A stretch of 64,000 nucleotides of DNA, taken from contig CM097882.1 of assembly GCA_044892505.1 (NCBI GenBank), positions 148,180,001 to 148,244,000 on the forward strand, read 5' to 3'. Position 1 is the stretch's first letter; the number at the start of each line of letters is the position of its first letter. This stretch comes from Schmidtea nova. Its lineage: Eukaryota. Under the pieces are notes generated by a model that worked only from the letters and a program-made list of their open reading frames with translations, made no database searches and was not told where the DNA came from. Shown here in pieces: positions 1 through 12,073 of the stretch. The position numbers and the translations under genes were made by a program.

Positions 1-2645
1 AATAAATCAAATTGGAGATGGTTCTTTCAAAAATTCTTGTTTAAACGAAAATTTAAATCTTTAACCAAAATTTTACACAAATTTTGAATTCTGCCATTTT
101 GATGGCGGTATATATACCATCGATTGTGTGTTACCTTCACTAATGCAGTAAAACAAATTGTTCTAGAATGTTCTTTTTATTTTCTCTAAATTAATTCTAA
201 TAATTTTCCGCCGAATTAAATCAATATTTTTACGTAATAATTTTTATAGACCATAAATAATTTATTTTTAATCCAAAAGTTTTATTTTTGAATCAAAATT
301 TTTTCAATTTGATTGAATTTGCTATATTTTGATCAAGATTAGTTCTTTTTATCTTTAATGTGAAATTTTATGATAAAGTCGAAATTTTCTTCTAAAATTT
401 TGTTAATTTTTTCTGCACTGAAGTTTTATTACACAATTCTGTTCTCTATGGACATTTTCAATGGGTTTTCCACCTATTATAACTTTCAAACGTTCTTCTT
501 TTGACGACTTTTAATTTTCTCGAGGTTTCAGTGTAAAGACTTGCAAATTCACAGCTAGCGCGTTCTCTACTGGTTGATGTGCTTGAGTCCAATTCACCTT
601 TTTGACGTTTTTCACTTAATCGCTTCGGTTTCTAATAGGTGTTTGGGTTAAAATTGAATCCTGCGCGCTTTCTACTTGTGGGGTTACTGCTTCATTAAAA
701 CAATTTGCAGTTTTTGCCCAACAGCAAATTACAAGTAAAACTTGATAGTATTAGGTTATTGGGTTATTGGTGAAATTCAAGTTACCAATCAAATTTCTGA
801 CTCCAATGCAGGCTTTATTAATCAATAGAATATCAGTTAACAATAGGAATATTTATTGATATCATAGCTGGTTTCACAATTTACACTGGTACAACCAATC
901 AATAATATGAGACAATTAATAGTGCTTATTACGATACGTATGTGAAGAGTAGCACTCGTCTATAATGTTGGGTATTTGTTTAGTTAGTCAGTGCTGTTTG
1001 CCTGACTCCTCGGTGTTTTTTAAAATTAATTCAATAAAATCACCCAACACAGAATAATTTATTCGAAACTATTAAAATTATCTGACACAATTTCTGACAC
1101 AATAAGTCTCTGTATAAAATTTCACAATAACTTTTATTTAACTGCTTTCCAACTTTGCGCAGGGATACGTCTCCCAAAGGAAGATCTCGCTTTCTGGTAT
1201 GCTTGAAGAATGAATTTAACTTCAAACTTTATAAACACTACTCCTAACTCGTTTGATGGGTTCTCTCGTTCAAAATTCGTTTACTTACTTTTAACTTCGA
1301 CCACTCTGATAACTTTGATATTTGACTCTCCTTTTTATAGTGCTCCTTTTGATGGATTTTCCACTTTCTAATGAAACTGTTTGGCGGTGTTTCCCGATTT
1401 GACATTTGCAAAACTAGCAATTATCCCTCCGTCATCTAAGTTCTTCGGATCTCCTTTAAAATTAATTTTATCAAGATTTCCCATTATCTCGGGTTTCGCA
1501 TTAACCAATTAGTTCTTAATTAATTTCTTAATTCTTTTCTTCTGGCCCCCTATTAATTTTATTTTATACCAATTTTACCCGCTAAATCTCTATTATCAAA
1601 TTTTCTAAATTTTTAATTAATTTCATTAATTTAAAAATTACTTTTAAACTTTTATTATTTTTATTGATTTTAACTAAGCATTTATGGCTTTTATTTTTGT
1701 ATTTGAGCATCTTTTGTTCAACCCCAACAATAATATCTGCCTAACAAGCACAAGCTACTTGTAGTTCCTCCGTTATTTATATATTAGTATAATATTTTTA
1801 TATATTGANNNNNNNNNNNNNNNNNNNNNNNNNNNNNNNNNNNNNNNNNNNNNNNNNNNNNNNNNNNNNNNNNNNNNNNNNNNNNNNNNNNNNNNNNNNN
1901 NNNNNNNNNNNNNNNNNNNNNNNNNNNNNNNNNNNNNNNNNNNNNNNNNNNNNNNNNNNNNNNNNNNNNNNTTGTTTATTTTATCTTATGATTATGATTG
2001 TGTATGGTACTGTGCATACCGGAACCCCCCTTATCATTATTTAGGTGCTTTATGTTTGGGGGTTATGGTTTATTTTTTATTATTATTATTACAATTCAAA
2101 TTGAAAATTTGAATTCATCAGCTTACTATAGTAATAAACTATAGTAAGCTAAAGCTGAATAATTGAAAAATTGATTAAAATTGCCAAGCAAATTGACAAT
2201 GAAGAAATTATAAATACAACAAGAAAATAAAAAGTTTGAATAGCCAAGGAAAAATTTAAAGATAAAACAAGAATTGAAGAAAGAAATTGAAAGATAAATT
2301 ACTAAACAGAAACAAATAACTAAGGAAATAATAATTGAAATTAAGAATTGTCAAGCAAATTGGAGACAAAAAAATTGATTTTTAAAATTATATCATAACT
2401 ACAGCTGTTTCCAAGATTTTGGAATCATTAATTGAAATTTAACAAAATAGAGAATTGGAAAAAGAACGACTTGAAAATTACCGAAACCTACAATTTGTGA
2501 AAGACGACAGTTCAATATATATATATAGAAACAAATAACATTATGGAAGATAAATCAACAAGTAGAGCATTCTAAAGTAACGAATTATATTCCATTCCAA
2601 CTAAACATTCAATAAACCCTCCAAAAACAAGTAAATCGTAACTTT

Positions 2646-2648
<3 letters not shown>

Positions 2649-2693
<45 letters not shown>
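2649..2693. repeat. (AT)n microsatellite
   Basis: Direct reading. Confidence 0.95.
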
Positions 2694-2696
<3 letters not shown>

Positions 2697-4220
2697 CAAA
2701 TATTAATTTATATATACTAATAAAAAGGGATTGTTTAAATCACCAAAAAACGCACTTCTCTCTCTGATTCAAAAAATACTAAGCAAGAAGAAAATATCAA
2801 TCAAAAAATATATAATTAATAGCAGCAAACATTTCCCCCTCTATTTCAAAAACGAAGAATCATCAATTTCAAAAGCAAAACAATGAATCATCAATTTACG
2901 AACCAAAATAACAGATCATCAGTTTCCAGACAACAACTACATTGGAATTTAAATAAAATGTTTAAATATTTTCTACTTTTATTTTGTCTTGTTACAGCTG
3001 CTAAACTACTGATTTATATTTAACAATGGGTAACTAACAAATTGCTTCTTTGCTTTGACTAGAAATTGAACCGAACAAACTTTTCTCAATAAATTCCTCA
3101 ATCCATTTCTTAATAATTTTCTCTCGATAAGTTTCTCACTGAATTTCTCTGTAAATTTCACTCGATAACACCTTTCCCAAAAATATTTCTAATACCCATT
3201 CTTCATGCAACTTTATAATACCACTTGAATTCTAATTTAACTGTGATGCCTTTTTGCTTTTCTAACGCGTCAAAGTTTTCGAAACTTGAAAAAAAATTAT
3301 TTTCTACTTTGCTTTTCTTTTTCTTTTACAGCTCTAGTCTTATCTCTGAGAGCGGCCGAGATATGCCTTGCTTTCCCTTTTTGTTGTTCCGACATTTTCT
3401 CCTTGCATTCTGATACCTTTGTCAGGCTGTCAAGATATAATTTTCTTATTGATTTTTTGCTTTTCGATTTCGAAATTCCTTTTACATTTTTGTACTTTTA
3501 ATAAGTAATGACATCGCGCTCAATCGAAAAAGCAGTTAAAAATTATTGTCAATTTTACAGACACTTGTCATTGTTAGAAAACGTATTAAAGATTTGTGTT
3601 AACTGTAATTTCAAATAAAATTTTCTGTATTGAGTTATTTTCGTGAATTAATCATAAGAACATCAATGAGTCTGATAAATAGTACTGACTAAATTGAATA
3701 AATACCTAACATCCTTATACGATATATCTAAACTAAATTTTACATTTATTCAATAATAAATATTTATTTTCTTGTTCTTTGTTTTGTCTCTTACATTTGC
3801 TAGGGTTTTCATATTATTTTATATATAAATTACTTCTTGAATTTTTTGTTTTATTTTAATATTTTGTCTTTTTATTTTAATTATGCGCCTTTGAAGATTT
3901 ATTGAGCGTCTATGTGAGATTTTGAATAAACTTTTTGTGTGTGTTTAGATTTGGAGCTTATCACGCTATTTAAACAAATTTGTATTTTAGTTTTAGTTTT
4001 CACCAAACATTACTATTACAATATTCAATAATTTATACATAAATAATAAAGAACTTTCTCAATAATTGTTTAAGTAAAATGCGGTTATATTAACATTCAG
4101 TTATATTTTCTCTTACATATATAGGTTATAGTTTTTATGTTTAAAGATAGACAGTAAAGTGAAAATGAACATAAGTCTTCTATCGACAGCATTTCAACTC
4201 ACGGAAGTACTTGGTAAATT

Positions 4221-4742
4221 ATAGTTCTAGAAACAGCGCTCACTTTTTGTGAGTACCCAGCCAGTAGTTATGAGGTTATTAAAGCAATCGTCGCCTAAAG
4301 GTACCAACAATACACTAAACATTTACACAGTGTTCTGCTAAATAAGTGAAGTTGGCTGACGAAAAAGAAGTTGAATTATTGATTTCAGCGTTGTATTAAT
4401 AGGGATTTTTACATTACACTCACAAACTCTGTTATCGGGATTTATGGGTGATGTTAAGAATTTCATTATACACAACATGATTTTTTTTCAGAAAAATTTG
4501 AATTAACTCTACGCCATTTTTTAAATGATAGTTCTGGAAACAGCGCTCACTTTTTGTGAGTATTCAGCCAGTAGTTATGAAGTTATTAAAGCAATCGTCG
4601 CCTAAAGGTACCAAAAATACACTATACATTTACGCAGTGTTCTGCTAAATAAGTGAAGTTGGCTGCAAATAAGAAGTTGAATTATTGATTTCAGCGTTGT
4701 ATTTATAATGACTTTTACATTACACTCACAAACTCTTTTATC
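4221..4742. repeat. Direct duplication of about 215 bp (4221-4436 and 4528-4742)
   Basis: atagttct[a/g]gaaacagcgctcac...cacaaactct occurs twice, 307 bp apart. Confidence 0.85.
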
Positions 4743-5475
4743 TTGACACCGTCCTGAGCTCCTAAGTGCATTAAATGATTGATTTGATTTGAATTCTATT
4801 TTTATTCCATGTCTGTGATCTTAAACATTATTTTCAATGTTGATTTTTACTAAATTATTCTTTTTATTTAACATTATTTTAAACATTGATCATGCTTTTT
4901 CCTATTTTAATACTATTTATAATCTTTTCCCATTCAATTTTCTTATGGTACTTCGAATGTAAATTCGACCTGCAATAGAATTGTGTGCTCTTTTGAGATA
5001 CCTATTTCTATCGTTTTCTTTATATTGACAAACTCACGGAATGCTGTCTGTATGCCTAATAGATTGGTCGTTGTAACTTCTGCGTTTTAGTATTTTAATT
5101 ATTCGTGTTTAATGATCCTCTTTCATGATGATTTTACTTTGTATTTTTTGTTTTCGTGGATTTTAAACTATCGTAGTTGTGCGTTTGTATTTTTTACACA
5201 TTTAAACAAATAAAAAATTCACATTTGTCATCCCAACATGGATATAGAAAACTGAAGTAAACCCAATAAAAACATTTTTAACGACTTACTTCATTCAATT
5301 AAAGCCATCAAGATCTTCATCTTATTTAATATCAGTATAATCTAATATTTCAATCATCTCTTTGGAAACTTCACGTTGATTTGATTTACCTTTATCTTCT
5401 ATACTTTCTAAATCTTTATTTTTTTGGGCTGACTCAAGTGAAGTTTCCAATTTATTTTAATGAAAAGAAAATACA

Positions 5476-5479
5476 CAGG
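5476..5479. repeat. 4-bp target-site duplication CAGG (partner at 36746-36749)
   Basis: acaCAGG|tgctgg at the left end and ccaaca|CAGGtaa at the right end. Confidence 0.9.
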
Positions 5480-5869
5480 TGCTGGTGTGTTGGTTGGATG
5501 GACAACTGAGATCATTAAGATTTTATATGTTAGGGTGATCTCGCCAACATAAAAACATTCCCCCGCTGACACCCATGATGTATCCCTAACTACTCATCAT
5601 GTTGGTGTTGTGTCAACGTTGTGAAATGACAAGGCAGGTGAGCAACCTTTCGGCTACTATTCCCTTGTTTATTCACGGGTCCACCACTACCGATAGAAGG
5701 TGTTTGTGGATTTCTTTCGGTCCCTTTATAACGCGCTCCTTCCTTTGCTCTAGGGTAATTTAATTTTAACGTATCTGCAGCTTTTAAATGAATCAGGTTT
5801 TCATTACATTCAATTCTCAAACATTCCACAAGCAAACAAGGCAAGTCAAATCATTCATCTATAATACAT

Positions 5870-6451
5870 TTATTTATAACTTAACAACACGGATGGTCTG
5901 ATTACATTCCATAATTCCTGCTCCGAGAGTCCACTGAGCAGATCGACCTCTATGCCCAGGCGTTCGGCATATGCTCGACGCTCTCTACGTTTCTTCGCTC
6001 CGAGGCGATTCCTTCGCTTTGTCCTTTGAGACCCTTGTGGAATTATTGTGGTTGCTTCAGTAGTTGTAGTTACTGTTGTCTCCTTTTCGGTTTGTGTACT
6101 CGCAGTAACCGCTATCGAGTTTACCCATCGGTTGAAAGTGCTTGCCCGGATCACTGGGCGTAACTGTTCCGTTATGAATTCTTGGGTCGACACCTTGAGA
6201 TAATTCGACAGTTCCAATTTCAACGCTGCGACCTCTCTAGCCTGCTCGTCGGCTACCTGTTCAGCTCGATGCCTCGCTTGTAGAATGGCCTTAACCCTCT
6301 CGGGATTAAACCACGTCGTTTTGACTCTTTGATGTTCATCGCTTAACTGACGTAAGCGGCTCTCAAGGACTCGGGAACGTGCCTTGTGTTCTCGTGCCTC
6401 TTGTTTGTAGTTTCGATTTTGGTTCTCGCTCATATCTGTAAAATGTGACAT
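5870..6451 (-). CDS. LTR-encoded ORF, 193 aa, coiled coil plus Arg-rich segment (3' LTR copy)
   Basis: ATG-initiated; open in both LTRs; contains QRTKRRNRLGAKKRRERR. Confidence 0.55.
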   Translation of the reverse strand: MSHFTDMSENQNRNYKQEAREHKARSRVLESRLRQLSDEHQRVKTTWFNPERVKAILQARHRAEQVADEQAREVAALKLELSNYLKVSTQEFITEQLRPVIRASTFNRWVNSIAVTASTQTEKETTVTTTTEATTIIPQGSQRTKRRNRLGAKKRRERRAYAERLGIEVDLLSGLSEQELWNVIRPSVLLSYK

Positions 6452-6631
6452 TAATTAGGGTATGGGTAATCTGTCTGGTTTTCCAGTCACAGTTTTCTTA
6501 TCAAACAATTGTGCTTCATCCTCATGCTCTTCTCATACATTCGAAACCAAAAATAAAACCCTTTTAAAACGAATACATTTATTTTTCTATTTATAACAGG
6601 TATTCCCTCTCTGAATGTGTCTCTCTCGCGA

Positions 6632-7258
6632 TTAACTGAACGATCGCAACTCCTGATCGGCAGAATTCTCGTCTCGGCGAATTCCAGTTTCGTGGTACAG
6701 TTCTGGTGCTGGGTACCAACTCAATTTATCCCGGTAGATAAATACTTCCCATAGACGAAGATCCTTGGGCTCCGGATGTTGATCCAATGAGACGCTTCCT
6801 GGAGCGTTTGGGTAGACTTGGACTTCCCCAGTGTCGCTACACCGAGGCCTGTCCAGCAGCAAGTATCCGAGTTGGTAAAATGCGTGTCCTGACATCATCC
6901 CTGTGCTTAGCAGCCAGCGGGGTTGATTTGCATCATCCACGAACTGATAGAACCATCGGTCAGATTTCTGTTCGGTAGGGTTCGAGGAGGACACCCAATT
7001 GGCATCTCCTTCCCACCTCAATTGCCACTGGAATGCGCACGCTGGGATGCTAGCAGCCATACTCATGTGGTTTCTCACCCATCGACGCAGGTGTCGACGT
7101 GCTAGTTTGATAATTTGACGTGGAGCTTCCCTCTCTCCTTTGATCTCGAAATTCGCATTAGGCCTGACGACGGAGCGGATGCGCCGTTTCCTTCGGAAGG
7201 TACGATCTTCCATCTTCACGGTTAGTGAGTCTATAGGCTTCCCTAGACAGCTTTCCAT
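6632..7258 (-). CDS. LTR-encoded ORF, 208 aa, basic N-terminus, Trp-rich globular part (3' LTR copy)
   Basis: 627-nt open frame with normal globular composition; open in both LTRs. Confidence 0.55.
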   Translation of the reverse strand: MESCLGKPIDSLTVKMEDRTFRRKRRIRSVVRPNANFEIKGEREAPRQIIKLARRHLRRWVRNHMSMAASIPACAFQWQLRWEGDANWVSSSNPTEQKSDRWFYQFVDDANQPRWLLSTGMMSGHAFYQLGYLLLDRPRCSDTGEVQVYPNAPGSVSLDQHPEPKDLRLWEVFIYRDKLSWYPAPELYHETGIRRDENSADQELRSFS

Positions 7259-8685
7259 TTTGACCGTGTTGCTCGGAGCTGAAGAAGATGTCTAGATTAA
7301 TTGACAGACACTGCTGCTGATCACAACTATATATACCGTTCGACCTACCCGACTTATCGACCAATTCTCCGTAGGCCTCAGCAGATCATTTGTATTCTAC
7401 TAGACAAGTGACTGCGATGTAACGTAGGCCGTGGTTAACGCTTTATTTTGTGAACTAATTCACTCCGCACTTTTCTCAGACTGTTTAGCTACGCTAAATT
7501 TGTATTATTGTTTACGATGTTATTTTTATATTTATTTTTCATCAGCCGTACTCAGTCACTCAACAATTTTCTATCAATGATCATAACCATCAACTATCAA
7601 CGATCATGTTACTTTGGGGAACTCTAACGATCTCTTACCGAGAATACCTTCTAATGTCCATCATTTTATCGGTTCTCAATGCATGTAACTTGTTTATTAC
7701 ATCTCTCGGGGGCTGGATACGTGTGATAGAATGCGCAGTCGACTACTATTACTCCTTGATGCTGTACCCTCCGTCTCTGAATTCATAGGGTCATACGACT
7801 TATGCCTTGCATACTATTATTCTCGTCAACACTCAATTTATCAGCACTGGTGTTACTTGTTATATGTACATGTCCCTTGTCTAGATATCGCCATGATGTA
7901 TACCATTCATACGAGGCTGTCTTTACTTTAATTGAATTTACGATCGCTAGATTTTACTAGATACCCTATGTGCATTCACCCCCTTCCGCTTACCAAATAT
8001 TTAGGAAACTTATGGTCCCGCCGCATCGGTACCTCACATGAAAATGTGTTGCACCGAGAGGCCAAGAATCCGTCAGGCTGTTAGGCCTCCGGAAAATCCT
8101 TATCGATTTTAGCATAGTTACAAATTATAATTATGAGGGTTTAAGATAATAATACAACTCGAATTTACCTTTTATTTCCACTTCCAATCAGATTTCCAAT
8201 ATTTTCTACAAGTTGTCAGTATTTCACACTCACTTACACTTGGTAAAAATAACATTGACAAATACTGATTTGACTCCGGTATTTATACTAAACCGGTGTT
8301 GTTGGTCAGCCAATCAGCATCGAGTGTGTGTGTCTGTTTGGTCATTCTTTTGTGCTTGTCGGCTTTTTGCTGCCTAATTTTACTCAATGATTTGTTTGTT
8401 TAATCATGCGGTAAGTTTATTTTTGTGTGATTTAATTTTTATTTTATTTTGTTTTAGGTCTTCGGTGACGTCCGCCCACCTACTGTCAATTTCAGATTTT
8501 TTTCTGCTTCGCATGAGTGAGTTTTTGAGTTTTATTTTGTTCTGATTACTGCTTTATTTCTTTTAGATGTTGCCGCTCATTTGCTACTTTTTATGCTGGT
8601 AATTTATTTTGTTGTTATTTTTTGTAGCTTTATTTTATTGATTGTATATTATTTTCGGATGCTGCTCGATTTGGCTGGCCCAACA

Positions 8686-8705
8686 TCACTCGGGGTCCCC
8701 TAAAA
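8686..8705 (-). promoter_or_regulatory. Atypical polypurine-tract region (sense TTTTAGGGGACCCCGAGTGA|TGTTGG)
   Basis: Occupies the PPT position just before the 3' LTR, but the only purine run is AGGGGA, within a GGGGACCCC palindrome. Confidence 0.4.
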
Positions 8706-8887
8706 TTGCGTCCCGCAATTACATGCATATACCTACTTCAACATACATAAAAAGTTCGTGACAGAATTCACATTCAAAACCACATAAGGTGGTAGCCTTT
8801 ATACACATTCATACAAAGTCACACATTGTCATTGTCCTGTTTTTATTGTTACACAGTTCAATGTTTCTGGCTCATAGGGGTCGATTT

Positions 8888-9412
8888 TCAGGTCCTTTCA
8901 CTGGTTGACTGCAATTCGTATCGGGCTTGAATTTGTCGCAGATGGCTTCTCATTCTTTGTTGGGTTTTTGCTTCTCTTCTGGCGCATCTACACATTATCG
9001 TTTGTTGTTGTTTGAGGCTTCTGATTCGGTACAGGGTATATGTGATCACGATGATCAGGATGATTGTCAATATTGTCATTGTGACTATTCCAGCGATGAT
9101 CCATCTGTTTCGGATTTCAGATTCGATTTGGGTTTGGCCTTTGATTGGCTTTAGTTGATATTGAAATGTTCTGTGGATTTCTCGGATCTTCTCGATTTGA
9201 TTGAATAGGGTTTGTAAGGGTTTGCGATGATCATGACTGATTCGCATTTGTCGGATTAATTGTTTCAAGTCTTCTCTGACTTCGTTTAGTTGTTTTTCAA
9301 TCTCTTGGGATATCTCGTTTGACAGGGTTCTTTGGATTTCGGTTGTTGAACAGTTCATTATTGTTGTAGTTAACATAATCGTTAGGATTGGTAGGGTTTT
9401 GAGCCAGATCAT
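8888..9412 (-). CDS. Small type-I membrane protein (signal peptide, helical ectodomain, TM helix, basic tail), 174 aa
   Basis: Hydrophobic N-terminus MIWLKTLPILTIMLTTTI; TM WIIAGIVTMTILTIILIIVITYTLY followed by RIRSLK. Confidence 0.75.
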   Translation of the reverse strand: MIWLKTLPILTIMLTTTIMNCSTTEIQRTLSNEISQEIEKQLNEVREDLKQLIRQMRISHDHRKPLQTLFNQIEKIREIHRTFQYQLKPIKGQTQIESEIRNRWIIAGIVTMTILTIILIIVITYTLYRIRSLKQQQTIMCRCARREAKTQQRMRSHLRQIQARYELQSTSERT

Positions 9413-9485
9413 TTCTGATTATTCTACTGATTAATACCTGTTACATCGATTTGTACATTTTTACACACGGATTTTTCGCCTCTTT

Positions 9486-10646
9486 TTACACATCTGTCTC
9501 CTCTGGTTCATGGAACCCTTCATCTTGGAGTTCCATTGATGGTGGTGGTATAAACGGTAACCACACCACTCTACTTCTCCACATTGCAATTTCATCTTGA
9601 TACGTTCGAGAGATTTGTATCTCTTCATCTAACAGATACTCCATATAGTCTGATTGTTCGCTCAGAGTTTCGATTTGTCTTTCCATTTCTTCCATTTTTC
9701 TCTTAAGGGCTTCTACTTCTGTTGGTTCGGTTTCTACTTCTATGGTTTCTTTCTCTGCTTTCAGGGTTATTATCTGCTGTTTCAGTTCCTCGTTTTCTTT
9801 CGTCAAATTCGTTATGTTTTCCTCGTAAGCTCGGTTTGATTCCGCATGTCTTTCTTTCACTGCTTTCAACTCCATTTTCTTTTGAGTCACCACCCCTTGA
9901 TAACCATTTACATCTCTTTCCAGGCTTTCTTTTTCCCTGATCAACTTTTGTCTTTCCGCTTCCTCTTTCTGTCTAATGCCTCGCATTTCTCCATTTATCA
10001 TCTGTATTTGCCATTGCGTTTTCTTTAGTTCCTTTGACTGTTCTCGAATAAATCGCTGTCGTTTTCGACTCCATTCTTTGTTTGTCTGTTCTTGTCGCTT
10101 TCTCTGTTCCAATTCCTCTTTCAATTCGTCTATCTCTTGATACAATTTCCAATCTTCGCTGTGTGCTGTCCTTCTGATTATCTCTTTGGCTTCTTTATAC
10201 ACTCGTTTCGACTCCATCTTCCAATGTCTCGCTTGAGCTTTGATTGCTAGTATTTTTACCTCCATCTTTTCCTCTTGTTTCTCCCTCTCTTCTCTTCGCG
10301 TTTTCATCATGTTTTTGTACTGTTCTGCTTGTTTTCTCATCAATTGATAGGTCTCTTCTATCTTCTGTCGACTTCGTACATTCGTTCCTTTTAGCTTCTC
10401 TATTTGTGTTGTCAGTTGTAGTATCTCTTTATTCACTTCCTCGAATTCTAATTGATATAACTCCATTCGTCTTTCGCATTTTAGTTTCTCGTAGAAATTG
10501 TTTGTCATCACTTCGTGTAATTCCCTGGTTCTTTGTTCCACTTCCACTTTACATCTCCTTTCGATTTCTCTTTCTATTGCTTCTCGTTCGTTCGCCATCT
10601 CGTTTCTCGTTTCATCTTCGATTACATGTTCATTTGCATTTTCCAT
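9486..10646 (-). CDS. Long coiled-coil protein, 386 aa, ends in ETDV
   Basis: 1.16-kb ATG-initiated ORF, E/K/R/Q-rich with heptad character. Confidence 0.8.
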   Translation of the reverse strand: MENANEHVIEDETRNEMANEREAIEREIERRCKVEVEQRTRELHEVMTNNFYEKLKCERRMELYQLEFEEVNKEILQLTTQIEKLKGTNVRSRQKIEETYQLMRKQAEQYKNMMKTRREEREKQEEKMEVKILAIKAQARHWKMESKRVYKEAKEIIRRTAHSEDWKLYQEIDELKEELEQRKRQEQTNKEWSRKRQRFIREQSKELKKTQWQIQMINGEMRGIRQKEEAERQKLIREKESLERDVNGYQGVVTQKKMELKAVKERHAESNRAYEENITNLTKENEELKQQIITLKAEKETIEVETEPTEVEALKRKMEEMERQIETLSEQSDYMEYLLDEEIQISRTYQDEIAMWRSRVVWLPFIPPPSMELQDEGFHEPEETDV

Positions 10647-10735
10647 TCTGTAATTTACAAATTTACACTGGTTATACTATACGTTTATGGTTGTTGTCGA
10701 TTTTTACACTTTATTTACAGGGTCGTTCACTCTGA

Positions 10736-12073
10736 CTACTCTAACCATCCTTTCGTTGACTTCGTGTTCATCACTGTTGTACTTGTTTTCTTTTCGATTT
10801 CCAACTCTACGTATAGGTTGTCGTCGTACAACATTTCCCACATTTTTTGGTGTGGTATGAATTTTGGTTCTCCTGTCGCTAATGAACATTCGGTGGTTGG
10901 TCTTTTGTAAGCTTCGTGCTTACCATCGATTTTAAATATCCTCACGATCGTTTCTTTCGAGATTTTGACCCTCATTATCGCCTTTGTCTCTAGCGGCCAT
11001 TCTAATATATCGTCGTAACCACCTTTACACAACGCAAAGAATAATGACACATGCGTTTCCTTTCCTGATCCATCTCCATTTGGATAAATTCTCATCCGGA
11101 CTTTGTATCCGTTTTTCCACAGATAGAATGGTGGACTTGTTACCGACACTTGACTTCCTGCTTTTGCTGCTGCGAACTTTTCGTTGAAGTTCTTGATTTT
11201 CCATACATATGGTGCAACAGGTAAACTCTCGATATCCTCTGCATCTCGCACCCATATTTGATGTCGTACATTTACCTCCTTTACTAGCGTCTCTATGACT
11301 TTGATTTTCTCCATCATTTTCTCTCTGGTGAGCTCGAATTGCTCTCTCGTTTCCAGTAATAACTCCGTCATTATCCTCTGAGATTCGATTTCTTTTCCCA
11401 GCTTCTGTATGGTTTGTTCCATTCCGTTTAAATTTTCTGTTAACATCTCTGCGTGTTGTACCGTCTCTGTTTCTAAATGCTCTTTCATTTCTTTGCTCGT
11501 TTTCTTTACTACACATCCTTGTTTGCTCCATACGCACTTTCTTGGCCTTGCTTCACATCGTTCCCAATGTTCTCTCAACATCACCTCTTCTCCGGCTTCA
11601 CAATTACTTGGACAAATTCCTCTGAATTTTCCGCACACTTTCTCTTCTGCTACATTGAGATGTTCTGTTTCGATTATCTCTCTTGTCTCTCTTTGTTCAC
11701 AGTATTGACATTCTATTATTTCTGCTTTGCACTCGTTCTTGTGACTTTTCAGCTGCTTGATGGTTATTGTCTGTTGACACTTTTCGCATAGCGCTTTCTT
11801 GTTTTCGCATTTCTCCAGATGTTGTCTTAACTCGATTATTTGTCCTTTCCATTCGCATGGTTGGTTTATACACTCTGTTTTTATCTTCCAGATTTCCTTT
11901 TGGATTGCTTTGTCTGGTTTCGTCTCGTTGATTAGTAGTTTATCGTCACACTCTGGACACTTTCTTGTCTCACTTTCACTGATTATTTGCAATATACACT
12001 TGGTGCACATCCTGCATCCACATTCGGTTTGTCTCGGTTTCAACAGTAAATTTTTACACTTTACACACGTCAC
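10736..12073 (-). CDS. TRAF: TRAF-family protein (RING, TRAF zinc fingers, coiled coil, MATH)
   Basis: RING CVKC...CGCRMCTKC...CPEC; zinc fingers CINQPCEWKG...HLEKC; MATH motifs YVWKIKNF, SPPFY...GYKVRMRIYPNGDG, THVSLFF, DDILEWP. Confidence 0.95.
   Translation of the reverse strand: MTCVKCKNLLLKPRQTECGCRMCTKCILQIISESETRKCPECDDKLLINETKPDKAIQKEIWKIKTECINQPCEWKGQIIELRQHLEKCENKKALCEKCQQTITIKQLKSHKNECKAEIIECQYCEQRETREIIETEHLNVAEEKVCGKFRGICPSNCEAGEEVMLREHWERCEARPRKCVWSKQGCVVKKTSKEMKEHLETETVQHAEMLTENLNGMEQTIQKLGKEIESQRIMTELLLETREQFELTREKMMEKIKVIETLVKEVNVRHQIWVRDAEDIESLPVAPYVWKIKNFNEKFAAAKAGSQVSVTSPPFYLWKNGYKVRMRIYPNGDGSGKETHVSLFFALCKGGYDDILEWPLETKAIMRVKISKETIVRIFKIDGKHEAYKRPTTECSLATGEPKFIPHQKMWEMLYDDNLYVELEIEKKTSTTVMNTKSTKGWLE

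Larger units (their letters stand above)
5480..8685 (-). repeat. 3' LTR (3206 bp)
   Basis: Runs tgctggtgtg...ggcccaaca on +. Matches 33543-36745 except about ten substitutions seen by eye and one 3-bp indel (gtt, near 8611). Confidence 0.97.

Noticed and set aside
3295-3500. Lys-rich open stretch on the minus strand (KYKNVKGISKSK...KQSRK*), possible host exon
   Set aside because: No start, no recognisable domain and no neighbouring exons could be tied to it.
5475-5480. 5-bp TSD (CAGGT or ACAGG)
   Set aside because: Comparison of the two LTRs assigns the T at 5480 and the A at 36745 to the LTR (TG...CA), leaving a 4-bp CAGG.
5590-5844. 84-aa LTR ORF as a real gene
   Set aside because: Starts at TTG, is short and has no features; identity between LTRs is uninformative.
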